Source of the DNA: Candidatus Sungiibacteriota bacterium
GTDB taxonomy: Bacteria; Patescibacteriota; Minisyncoccia; Sungbacterales; JACQCQ01
NCBI GenBank assembly: GCA_016201505.1
Contig: JACQCQ010000002.1
Coordinates: forward strand, 144,903 to 208,902
Direction of reading: 5' to 3'
Length of the DNA: 64,000 bases
Below the pieces are notes generated by a model, which saw only the letters and a program-made list of their open reading frames with translations, had not been told where the DNA came from and made no database searches. Below are positions 8,961-17,123 of this stretch, piece by piece (the first letter of the stretch is position 1; each line of letters opens with the position of its first letter). The position numbers and the translations under genes are program-made.

Positions 8961-9377
8961 ATGCTGATAATCTTTACCATTCTCTTTTTTGTCGGAGTGA
9001 TTGGGGCCTCGGTTCTTATCGTCCGCAAAGTCCCGTTGGTTCTGGCCACACCGCGGCAGATCATCGATGATTATTTTCTGCAAAGTTCGCAGCGATTTCA
9101 CGTTCGCGCACTGCGCGCTAAGGGCTGGTTTCAAAAAGGGGAGTACCGGGATCCGCTGCTCGGTTTTTTACTGCGGGTTCTGCGTTGGACGCGAATTCTG
9201 CTTATGCGGCTTGAGAGAAAATCTTCAAACTTAATTGAGGCAGTCAACGGAAAATATGAAGCGAAACGAGCCAACGGAAACGTGTTTCAGCCGAAAGACA
9301 GACCCTCGATGCCAAGTCCTCAATACTGGAATGAGCTAAAAACTGGCAAGGAGAAAGCGGAAGACAAACCGAGTTAA
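8961..9377 (+). CDS. hypothetical membrane-anchored protein
   Basis: N-terminal TM helix, then a basic region. No family recognised. Confidence 0.3.
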   Translation: MLIIFTILFFVGVIGASVLIVRKVPLVLATPRQIIDDYFLQSSQRFHVRALRAKGWFQKGEYRDPLLGFLLRVLRWTRILLMRLERKSSNLIEAVNGKYEAKRANGNVFQPKDRPSMPSPQYWNELKTGKEKAEDKPS

Positions 9378-9480
9378 GTTTTAGAGTGTAGCCTCCCGCC
9401 GGGTAATCGGAGCTTTGCTCCTCATCTCCGGCGTCGAGCTTCGGAAATGAAAATCTAAATTTTCATTTCACGCATCTTTT

Positions 9481-9552
9481 GCCGGAGTAGCTCAATGGTA
9501 GAGCAGCACTTTTGTAAAGTGTTTGTTGGGGGTTCGATTCCTCTCTCCGGCT
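9481..9552 (+). tRNA. tRNA-Thr (anticodon TGT)
   Basis: Cloverleaf folded by eye: acceptor GCCGGAG/CTCCGGC, anticodon loop TTTGTAA, T-arm GGTTCGATTCC. No encoded CCA. Confidence 0.75.
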
Positions 9553-9653
9553 CTCACAAAGGAAGGTAAAAAAATGTATACAGAAAAAATTCTTCGGAGA
9601 AATAAGTCTTCTCTGGGCTCGTATTTTTTGTTATAGTTACTCGGGTTTAAAAA

Positions 9654-9740
9654 GGGCAGTTGGCAGAGTGGACAATTGCACCAGACTGTAAATCTGGCGG
9701 CCTTGCGCCTACGTAGGTTCGAATCCTACACTGCCCACCA
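9654..9740 (+). tRNA. tRNA-Tyr (anticodon GTA), long variable arm, encoded CCA
   Basis: Acceptor GGGCAGT/ACTGCCC, anticodon loop CTGTAAA, T-arm GGTTCGAATCC, 3' ACCA. Confidence 0.8.
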
Positions 9741-9847
9741 AAATCTGACTTTCAGAAAATTGACCGACTTTTTCATTGGCGGCGCAAAGCGCCGCCCAAG
9801 CGTTTTGCTGATTTTAGTATGTGAAATGTTTCGTTCGGTGCTTATAT

Positions 9848-10028
9848 CGTGGATAACCTGTGAATTAGTCAAGTGAATTTGATAAAAAATTGGCTCATAT
9901 GAGCCAATTTTTTATTTTATATGGAGTCGCGTGAAATATGTTTGACAATGGTACATTGTGGCTACTATGATTATTCCAGTGGTGATTTGTGGATAAAAGT
10001 GGGGATAAGTCAGCTCTTTTGTGGATAA
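9848..10028 (+). promoter_or_regulatory. cluster of DnaA-box-like sites (TGTGGATAA, the reverse complement of TTATCCACA) at 9848-9856 (one mismatch), 9988-9996 and 10020-10028, plus a degenerate copy near 9999-10010
   Basis: Same-orientation 9-mers matching the DnaA box consensus, flanking the tRNA terminator and an AT-rich tract, about 250 bp upstream of mraZ. Confidence 0.4.
9888..9920 (+). terminator. rho-independent terminator (AATTGGCTCATATGAGCCAATT followed by a T-run) after tRNA-Tyr
   Basis: Perfect 9-bp stem with a T-run. An A-run upstream makes it potentially bidirectional. Confidence 0.75.
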
Positions 10029-10276
10029 CTAAGGGCTTTGGCTGAACTTTTGATCCGCCGGCTGGCGGAGATAAAAGTTTAGTTGCCAGACCTTATCTCG
10101 CTCCAATCTAAACACCCGATTACCTTTTTCATCAGCCTGAGCCGATAGGCGGCTTCGCCTTCCATCCAGTTTTATTCGCAACTATCGCGATGAGATTGGG
10201 GCGGGATGCTCGGTGTGATAGCTAAATCTATTTCACTTAGGTCCCCTCCCTGCTCATAGATTTAGATAACAACGAC

Positions 10277-10705
10277 ATGTTCATAGGCGAATACCGACAT
10301 GCAATGGACGAAAAGGGGCGGGTGGCGATCCCGGCTAAATTTCGCAAACTCCTGCAACAGGGGGTCGTGGTAACAAGAGGCATTGAGCATCATCTGTATC
10401 TCTACCCGAGTGAGGTCTGGTCGCATTTAGCGGAAAAGCTCTCGAGGCTGCCTATCAATCAATCAAACTCGCGCGCTCTTTCGCGCCACATGTTGGGCGG
10501 AGCGATTGAAGCCGAGATCGATTCGCAAGGTAGGATTTTGATCCCCGAGTATTTACGCCAGCATGCCGGCATAGGGAATCAAGCCGTGATGGTCGGGCTC
10601 TACGATCGGGTTGAAATCTGGGCGTACGAGAGATGGCAGGAATATCGTTCCCGCACCGAGGCAAATACGGAAAGTATCGCCGAGGAGCTTAGCGGACTTG
10701 CTTAG
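10277..10705 (+). CDS. mraZ: transcriptional regulator MraZ
   Basis: 142 aa. MFIGEYRHAMDEKGRVAIPAKFR... duplicated MraZ fold. Confidence 0.85.
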   Translation: MFIGEYRHAMDEKGRVAIPAKFRKLLQQGVVVTRGIEHHLYLYPSEVWSHLAEKLSRLPINQSNSRALSRHMLGGAIEAEIDSQGRILIPEYLRQHAGIGNQAVMVGLYDRVEIWAYERWQEYRSRTEANTESIAEELSGLA

Positions 10706-10709
10706 CGCC

Positions 10710-11579
10710 ATGGAGCATAGTCCCGTTCTTTTACAAGCAGTGTTGGAATTTCTCGACCCTCAAAAAAATGATGAGGTGATTGACGCAACGGTCGACGGCG
10801 GCGGGCATGCTGAAGCGCTCATCCCTCGCATACTGCCAAATGGCAGACTCCTCGGCATTGATCGAGATCCAACCATACTCGTCAGCACCCGAGAACGTCT
10901 CGCGCGTTTTGGGGACCGGGTGATACTGGCTGAAGGCAATTTTGAGAATATTCGAAATCTCTCTTTGGGTGCAGGTGTGCTCCATCCACGTCGCATCCTT
11001 TTCGACCTCGGCTTCAGCTCGTATCACCTGGCTTCCAGCGGCCGCGGGTTTTCATTCCAAAAAAATGATCGGCTCGACATGCGCTACAATCCGCACGATA
11101 CGGATTTGACCGCGAAAGCCATCGTCAATCATTCGACTCGGGAAGCGCTTGAGAAAATTTTCACCGAGTACGGCCAAGAGCGCTATGCAAAAAAAATTGC
11201 CTCGGCGATCACGAGTGAACGAAAGCACAGACAATTTGAGACGACAAACGATCTTTCAAATTTAATCAAGGCGCTGGTGCCACGGTCATCGATTCATCCT
11301 GCAACTCGCGTATTCCAGGCTTTGCGTATCGCGGTCAATGACGAACTGGGCCACGCCGAGCGAGGCATCCGCGAAGCACTCGGCATTCTTGAATCTGGCG
11401 GTCGAGTAGCGGTTATCAGCTTTCACTCACTCGAAGATCGAATCGTTAAAAATATTTTTAAAGAATCTAAAACCGAGGGAACGATTATAACGCCAAAGCC
11501 CGTCAACGCCTCGCGCGAAGAAATAAAATTAAACCCTCGCGCCCGATCGGCAAAATTAAGAGTCTTCCAAAAAATATAA
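10710..11579 (+). CDS. rsmH: 16S rRNA (cytosine1402-N4)-methyltransferase RsmH
   Basis: The start at MEHSPVLLQAVLEFL sits immediately after the mraZ stop. SAM-binding DxTxGGGGH motif. Confidence 0.85.
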   Translation: MEHSPVLLQAVLEFLDPQKNDEVIDATVDGGGHAEALIPRILPNGRLLGIDRDPTILVSTRERLARFGDRVILAEGNFENIRNLSLGAGVLHPRRILFDLGFSSYHLASSGRGFSFQKNDRLDMRYNPHDTDLTAKAIVNHSTREALEKIFTEYGQERYAKKIASAITSERKHRQFETTNDLSNLIKALVPRSSIHPATRVFQALRIAVNDELGHAERGIREALGILESGGRVAVISFHSLEDRIVKNIFKESKTEGTIITPKPVNASREEIKLNPRARSAKLRVFQKI

Positions 11580-11583
11580 TTCT

Positions 11584-11907
11584 ATGCGGATCTTTTTACA
11601 ACATATTGAAGATATCGAAAAAAATCTTACGGTTCGAGTATTTTTGATGCTGGCGTTTGTTAGTTCGCTTATTCTCTACGGGGCTTTGATTAATTTGGTT
11701 GCCGCACGCCAGTTTACGCTCGATGCATTTAGTAAGGAGCTCGTAAAAGCCAAAGCCGATAACGCGAAAATGACGACACGTTTGCTGCAAGGCATGGCTA
11801 TTCTCGATGAAAACCCAAACCCAGATGCGCTTCAGATGCAAAGTGTCGGGTCCGATCTCACGTATATATATACCAACGCCGTGTTTGTAGACGCTCGGCT
11901 GAAATGA
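11584..11907 (+). CDS. ftsL: FtsL-like cell-division protein (single TM plus coiled coil)
   Basis: 107 aa. One TM helix followed by a short helical region. Position between rsmH and ftsI as in dcw clusters. Confidence 0.45.
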   Translation: MRIFLQHIEDIEKNLTVRVFLMLAFVSSLILYGALINLVAARQFTLDAFSKELVKAKADNAKMTTRLLQGMAILDENPNPDALQMQSVGSDLTYIYTNAVFVDARLK

Positions 11908-12158
11908 AGCCCCACAGCCGCGTCAGACGCGGCCGTGGCATCTCGCATTTCGCCCTCGGGCGAACTCTTGCGAGATCGGCAGAATCCCCCAGCGCATACG
12001 CATTGAAGCTCACATGGAAATACTTACTTATTTTTGCATTCAGCCATAGGCTGACGCCTGTGGTCTTCTGCGGCGGGGGATAAGGTAAAACGAGGAATCT
12101 GAATCCGCAGTGCCGAGGCTTTTTGAGTTATAATTCACTTAGGATTTAGATTTCTTTT

Positions 12159-13886
12159 GTGTCACGAGGTGTTTCAACAAAAACCATCCATTGGAGATTG
12201 TTTTTTATATTGATTTTTTTAGTCGCGGGCGGGGCGGCCATCCTGGCTCGCCTTTTTTTATTGCAGATTATTGAATACCGCACGTATGTTACGCTGGCCG
12301 CGCGCCAACACGGCGGGGGCGCAGTTTTACTGCCGCGCCGCGGCACCATCCTGGCGCAAGATAAAAACGGTAATCGCCAGGCTTTAGCGCTCGATAAGAG
12401 TTTATTCTTGGTTTCAGCCAATCCGAAGCAAGTTGCGGATCAAGTAAAAACAGCTTCGCTTCTTGCGCCTATTCTCGGTGTTTCTTACGACACGCTGTTT
12501 CTTCAGCTCTCACAAAAGGACACCTATGAAGTTTTAGCCAAAAAAATAGACGACGATGCTGCCGCAAAAATTCGAGCCCTCGACTTGCCTGGGATTTCAC
12601 TTGAAGATCAGTCACGCCGTATCTATCCCGGCGGTTCGATGGCTGCTGCGATCCTGGGGTTTGCGAAGTTCGACCAGAACCACGAAGTCGGTGAGTACGG
12701 CATCGAAAAACAATTTGATGCCGCGCTAACCGGTAACACAAGCCTCTTTGAAGGAGTTTCAAACAGCAGCCCAGAGTCTCTTCTCACCCTGGGACGTCGC
12801 ATCATCCACCCGCCCATCGACGGAAAAGATATTGTTTTAACTATTGACTACAACATCCAGCAGCAAGCTGAAGCCGCGGCGGATGAGTTAATGAAAAAAT
12901 GGACACCGGAAGCCGCCTACATTTTAGTGATTGATCCCTCCAGCGGCAAAATATTGGCGGCAGTGATCCGGCCGACTTTCGACCCGAACAATTACGGCTC
13001 GGTAAAAAGTTTGTCAGTCTTCAAGAACGCTTTATTTGATTCAATTTACGAACTCGGATCGGTCATGAAGCCAGTGACTATGGCGGCTGCGATCAATGAA
13101 GGGGTTATTACGCCCGACACCAGCTATACCGATCCCGGCATTATTCATTTCGGCCGGTATTATGTAGAGAACTATGACCAGCAGTCACACGGCGTTCTAA
13201 CTATGACACAGGTCTTGGAAAAATCATTGAATACGGGAGCCGTCTTTGTGGAAGAAAAGTTGGCTCACGCAAAGTTTCTTGAATATTTAAAAGCTTTCGG
13301 TTTTGGTGAAAAAACAGGTGTCGATATACCCGGCGAAGTGCGGGGGAACATTTCAAATCTCGTCAAAAACCGTGATATTGATTATGCCACCGCTTCATTT
13401 GGCCAAGGCATTGCTGTGACGCCGATCCAGATGGCTATAGCCATGTCAGCCATTGCCAACGGCGGAAACTTAGTGCGACCCTATATAGTTGATAGCATCA
13501 TTGATGACTCAGGTGCCGTCGTAAACACCAGCCAGGAATCGAAGCGTCGCGTCATCAGCCGAAAAACTTCAGAGACGGTTACTAAAATGCTGGTCTCGGT
13601 AACGGAGCATGGGTTTGATAATCACGCGGCGGTAAAAGGATTTTTTGTTGCCGGAAAGACCGGCACCGCGCAAGTCGCCAACGTCGGCACCCGCGGATAT
13701 TCAAGCGGTGACTTTATTCATTCGTTTGCGGGCTATGCTCCGGCGTTTACTCCCAAATTTTTGATCTATATGCAGATGGTAAAACCGAAAGGCGTGCATT
13801 ATGCCTCAACTAGTCTTACGCCGACATTTCATAATTTGGCCAGCTATATTTTAAACTACTATAATATTCCGCCGGATCATCAATGA
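12159..13886 (+). CDS. ftsI: penicillin-binding protein 2 / FtsI transpeptidase
   Basis: GTG start. N-terminal TM. SVMKP (SxxK), SxN-type and KTGTA motifs. Confidence 0.85.
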   Translation: MSRGVSTKTIHWRLFFILIFLVAGGAAILARLFLLQIIEYRTYVTLAARQHGGGAVLLPRRGTILAQDKNGNRQALALDKSLFLVSANPKQVADQVKTASLLAPILGVSYDTLFLQLSQKDTYEVLAKKIDDDAAAKIRALDLPGISLEDQSRRIYPGGSMAAAILGFAKFDQNHEVGEYGIEKQFDAALTGNTSLFEGVSNSSPESLLTLGRRIIHPPIDGKDIVLTIDYNIQQQAEAAADELMKKWTPEAAYILVIDPSSGKILAAVIRPTFDPNNYGSVKSLSVFKNALFDSIYELGSVMKPVTMAAAINEGVITPDTSYTDPGIIHFGRYYVENYDQQSHGVLTMTQVLEKSLNTGAVFVEEKLAHAKFLEYLKAFGFGEKTGVDIPGEVRGNISNLVKNRDIDYATASFGQGIAVTPIQMAIAMSAIANGGNLVRPYIVDSIIDDSGAVVNTSQESKRRVISRKTSETVTKMLVSVTEHGFDNHAAVKGFFVAGKTGTAQVANVGTRGYSSGDFIHSFAGYAPAFTPKFLIYMQMVKPKGVHYASTSLTPTFHNLASYILNYYNIPPDHQ

Positions 13887-15148
13887 ATCTATTGATAAAA
13901 ATTCTTGCGGTTCTGTCCCGGATATATTGTTGGCGCTATGACCCCAAAATTATTGCTATCACCGGAAACATAGGGAAGACTTCGACTAAAGACGCCATCG
14001 TTACGGTTTTATCTTCTCGATTTCGGGTGCGCGGACCGGAGAAAAATTATAATAATGAAATTGGGGTGCCGCTTACAATTCTCGGCTGGCATAATTCCGC
14101 TAAAAATATTTTCGGCTGGTTTATCCAGTTGCTTCGGCTCCCGCTTTCCTTAATGCTTGATTCCGGCGTCGATATTCTGGTTTTAGAAATGGGCGCCGAT
14201 CACCCCGGCGATATTGATTATTTAACTAAACTTGCCAGACCCGATATCGGGGTCTTAACTGCTATCGGAGATTTGCCCGTGCATGCGGAGTTTTTCGCGA
14301 GTACCGATGAACTGGTGCGTGAGAAGTCTCTGCTCGTTCAAAGAACAGACCCGCTGGGCCACGTTTTTTTAAATGCCGACGACCCGAAGGTCTGCTCTAT
14401 GTCGGCACTCGCGAAAGCCGCTGTTCACTTGGTTGGAGAAGCGGCTGGGGCCGAATTTAAAGTTGAAAATATCGAACTTCGCGCACACAATAATTTTCCC
14501 GAAGGTCTCTCATATAAAATAAGATACCGAGGTTTGCAGATCCCGATTCGTTTATATGGCTCGCTGTCGCGACCCCAAGTCTTGGCCTCGGCCTTCGCCT
14601 TCGCAATTGGCGTTATCTTTCGCCTGAACCCAATTGAAATTGTTGAGCGATTAAAAAAGTATCAACTCCCGCCGGGCAGGCTTAAAATTATTAAAGGTCA
14701 AAACGATTCAGTCATTCTGGATGATTCCTATAACGCGGCACCCCAAGCGGTTCTCTCGGCTCTTGAGACGCTGTTATCTCTTCCCGGACGGCATATCGCG
14801 GTGCTGGGAGACATGAAGGAGCTCGGTGCGATGAGTGATATGGCTCATCGAAGGGTGGGGGAGAAAGCCAAGGACTGCGACCTGCTTTTTTGTGTGGGGG
14901 CCAATGCCCGGATCATTGCCGCCGCGGCGGTCAAAAATGGCCTGGCCGAAGACAGAGTTTTTTACTTTAATGCATCATCTGAAGTCTCGCCTGCCCTGCT
15001 TTCTTTACTAGAGGCGCAGGATGTCGTTTTGGTAAAAGGCGCGCAATCCATGCGTATGGAGCGAGTGGTAAAAGCCATTATGGCCGAGCCTGAAAGAGCG
15101 AGTGAGCTTCTGCCGCGTCAAAATCCAGAGTGGCTTCGGATCCCTTAG
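13883..15148 (+). CDS. murF: UDP-N-acetylmuramoyl-tripeptide--D-alanyl-D-alanine ligase
   Basis: 421 aa. ITGNIGKTSTK P-loop and DDSYNAAP motif typical of MurF. dcw position. Confidence 0.7.
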   Translation: MNLLIKILAVLSRIYCWRYDPKIIAITGNIGKTSTKDAIVTVLSSRFRVRGPEKNYNNEIGVPLTILGWHNSAKNIFGWFIQLLRLPLSLMLDSGVDILVLEMGADHPGDIDYLTKLARPDIGVLTAIGDLPVHAEFFASTDELVREKSLLVQRTDPLGHVFLNADDPKVCSMSALAKAAVHLVGEAAGAEFKVENIELRAHNNFPEGLSYKIRYRGLQIPIRLYGSLSRPQVLASAFAFAIGVIFRLNPIEIVERLKKYQLPPGRLKIIKGQNDSVILDDSYNAAPQAVLSALETLLSLPGRHIAVLGDMKELGAMSDMAHRRVGEKAKDCDLLFCVGANARIIAAAAVKNGLAEDRVFYFNASSEVSPALLSLLEAQDVVLVKGAQSMRMERVVKAIMAEPERASELLPRQNPEWLRIP

Positions 15149-15443
15149 GTTTAACCCCAGCACCCGGGGCGCGACCGTACTCGACGCGCGTGCTACGCGG
15201 TGATGCACCATTTATCCATGGGCTCATGCCCATGGCTTGTTGGGTGTGTGGGTTTACGAATGACTATGAATGAGATATAGTTTTTCAGATAGGCAGGGCT
15301 CCCATCGTCCCTCATCCGCACAAAAGCTATTTGAGCTTCCCTCCTTCAGTAAACTTTCGGAGGGCAAAGCGGACAATATTCCGCCTGCCCGCTGGAGCTT
15401 TAGCGAAAGAGGAAAGCTCCGAAGTCATCCGGAGCGTAGGAGA

Positions 15444-15490
15444 GGCTCCCATCGTCTAGTGGCCTAGGATACTTGGTTCTTTCACCCGCC
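15444..15490 (+). pseudogene. 5'-half fragment of a tRNA-Glu(TTC)-like gene (acceptor, D-arm and CTTTCAC anticodon loop; no T-arm), abutting the intact tRNA-Glu
   Basis: GCTCCCATCGTCTAGTGGCCTAGGATA... closely matches the 5' half of the adjacent tRNA-Glu but cannot fold into a cloverleaf. A further 12-nt copy, GCTCCCATCGTC, lies at 15298-15309. Confidence 0.4.
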
Positions 15491-15509
15491 TAAATTTTGT
15501 CTGCAATCT

Positions 15510-15584
15510 GCTCCTATCGTCTAGCCTGGTCTAGGACGCCAGGTTCTCATCCTGGTAACCCGGGTTCGAATCCCGGTAGGAGCG
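15510..15584 (+). tRNA. tRNA-Glu (anticodon CTC)
   Basis: Acceptor GCTCCTA/TAGGAGC, anticodon loop TTCTCAT, T-arm GGTTCGAATCC. No encoded CCA. Confidence 0.8.
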
Positions 15585-15694
15585 CAGACAAAATTTGAGC
15601 GGGCAAGTCCAAGAAATTAAGGGTTCGCTTGTCCGTCCGTAGTTTTTATCGCAGGCGGGAATCCCACTTGGAGCGCAAGAGTTTTCGCGTGTCT

Positions 15695-15732
15695 CCTATA
15701 AATACGATAGACTAGTCTATCGTACTTATAGG
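15695..15732. repeat. 38-bp palindrome copy 1 (CCTATAAATACGATAGACTAGTCTATCGTACTTATAGG), 51 bp upstream of the peptidase gene
   Basis: Near-perfect dyad (one mismatch). The CGATAGACTAGTCTATCG core is identical to the copies at 24962 and 54090. Confidence 0.7.
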
Positions 15733-15782
15733 AATGACGCCTTTGTGCTGGGCGATTTTGCCTCGTTCGATATACTGAATCT

Positions 15783-16871
15783 ATGAAAACTTTTCTGGTT
15801 CTTTCTTTGGCGGTGTCTTTTCTGGTGGCTGCACCGGTAAAAGCGGCCTATCACTTTTCTGACTTTCGCGGCCGGCCGCCGATTCATGTAAACGGCAGCT
15901 CATCAAAAACACCAAAAGGCATAACGCCGGATCAAATAAAAAAGATTTATAGGTTACCTGCTGGCGGGGGGAGCGGAACGATTGCAATTATCGGCGCCTA
16001 TGATGACCCGTCAATCGAGGCGGACGTAAACGATTTCAGCCGCCAATTTAATCTGCCTGTCTGCACGACGGCCAACGACTGCTTTGAGAAACACAAAATG
16101 AGCCCGTCAATGAAATCGGATAGCGGCTGGGCAATGGAGATAACGCTTGACGCAGAATGGGCGCATGCCGTTGCCCCGCGAGCTAAAATTCTCTTAGTTG
16201 AGGCGACAACGCCGAGCGGCGCGAATTTATTAAAAGCCGTGGACTATGCGGCGAGCCGCAAAGATGCTGTGTCTATTTCCATGAGCTGGGGTGGCGCGGA
16301 ATTTCCGGAAGAGACAACACTTGATTCGCATTTTATCTCTAAATCGGGCGCGGTGTTTTTTGCTTCCTCGGGCGATAATGGCGCCGGTGCTTCATGGCCA
16401 GCCGCGTCCCCAAATGTCATCGGCGTTGGCGGAACATCGCTTCAATTAAAATCAGATGGGACTCTGTCAAAAGAAACCGCCTGGAGCGGGTCGGGCGGCG
16501 GGGTGAGCGCCTACGAGAAACAACCCGACTATCAAACGAACTACTCAATCCCGCGAGCCAAGGGCCTGCGCGCCATCCCCGACGTCGCCTATGACGCTGA
16601 TCCCATCTCGGGCTTTCCGATTATTCGGCTGGGCACTTGGCGAGAAGTCGGCGGGACGTCAGCCGGTGCGCCGCAATGGGCCGCCATCGCCGCACTCTCC
16701 AATGGATTTTCAATTCAAGATCTCTACAAAGATAAAGCCGCCTCGAACTCTGCAAAGTTTTTCCGCGACATCACCAGCGGCTCCAATGGTTCATGCGCGT
16801 ATTACTGCGACGCCCGGAGGCATTATGACTACGTTACAGGGCTCGGAACGCCGCTAACCACGAATTTTTGA
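15783..16871 (+). CDS. secreted serine peptidase, S53 (sedolisin/kumamolisin)-like within the S8/S53 clan
   Basis: Signal peptide MKTFLVLSLAVSFLVAAPVKA. GGTSAGAPQWAAIAAL catalytic-Ser motif of the S53 type, and a conserved Asp region (AIIGAYDD). Confidence 0.55.
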   Translation: MKTFLVLSLAVSFLVAAPVKAAYHFSDFRGRPPIHVNGSSSKTPKGITPDQIKKIYRLPAGGGSGTIAIIGAYDDPSIEADVNDFSRQFNLPVCTTANDCFEKHKMSPSMKSDSGWAMEITLDAEWAHAVAPRAKILLVEATTPSGANLLKAVDYAASRKDAVSISMSWGGAEFPEETTLDSHFISKSGAVFFASSGDNGAGASWPAASPNVIGVGGTSLQLKSDGTLSKETAWSGSGGGVSAYEKQPDYQTNYSIPRAKGLRAIPDVAYDADPISGFPIIRLGTWREVGGTSAGAPQWAAIAALSNGFSIQDLYKDKAASNSAKFFRDITSGSNGSCAYYCDARRHYDYVTGLGTPLTTNF

Positions 16872-16920
16872 ATGATCCAGTTAACGCCTAGGCACTCAAT
16901 CGTGCGGGTGATGATGAGAT

Positions 16921-16968
16921 GAACTAGTACATTTTATCCGATCGGATAAAATGTACTAGTTCTTTTTC
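16921..16968 (+). terminator. 42-bp perfect palindrome (GAACTAGTACATTTTATCCGATCGGATAAAATGTACTAGTTC) followed by a T-run. Likely an intrinsic terminator
   Basis: 21-bp perfect stem followed by TTTTTC, 50 bp after the peptidase stop. Confidence 0.6.
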
Positions 16969-17123
16969 ATATTCTCTTTCCCCCGTATTCTTTTCCATGC
17001 AGACAAATGCCGGAGCGAGCGTTGTCGAGCGTCCTGTAGTCCGCAAAGGGTAGGAAGGACGTCACTTTTAAAAGAAGGCATGGTGAAGCGAACATCGAGT
17101 GGTATAGTTATTCCGTAACCTTA

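Noticed and set aside
9676-9876. 66-aa plus-strand ORF
   Set aside because: It overlaps tRNA-Tyr (9654-9740) and the terminator, so it is spurious.
15149-15509. Possible RNase P RNA, tmRNA, SRP RNA or 6S RNA in the structured non-coding region before tRNA-Glu
   Set aside because: I looked for the conserved RNase P P4 (AGGAAAGUCCGGGCUCC), tmRNA tag-reading frame and tRNA-like 3' end, and the SRP domain IV motif. None is present, so the region is left as unassigned structure plus tRNA fragments.
16869-16871. Alternative genetic code (UGA recoding as in some CPR lineages)
   Set aside because: TGA is used as a terminator at the ends of well-conserved genes, for example the peptidase and prfA neighbours. 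Conserved proteins such as GroEL, DnaK, RpoB, RpoC and RecA translate full-length with code 11 and have no internal TGA.
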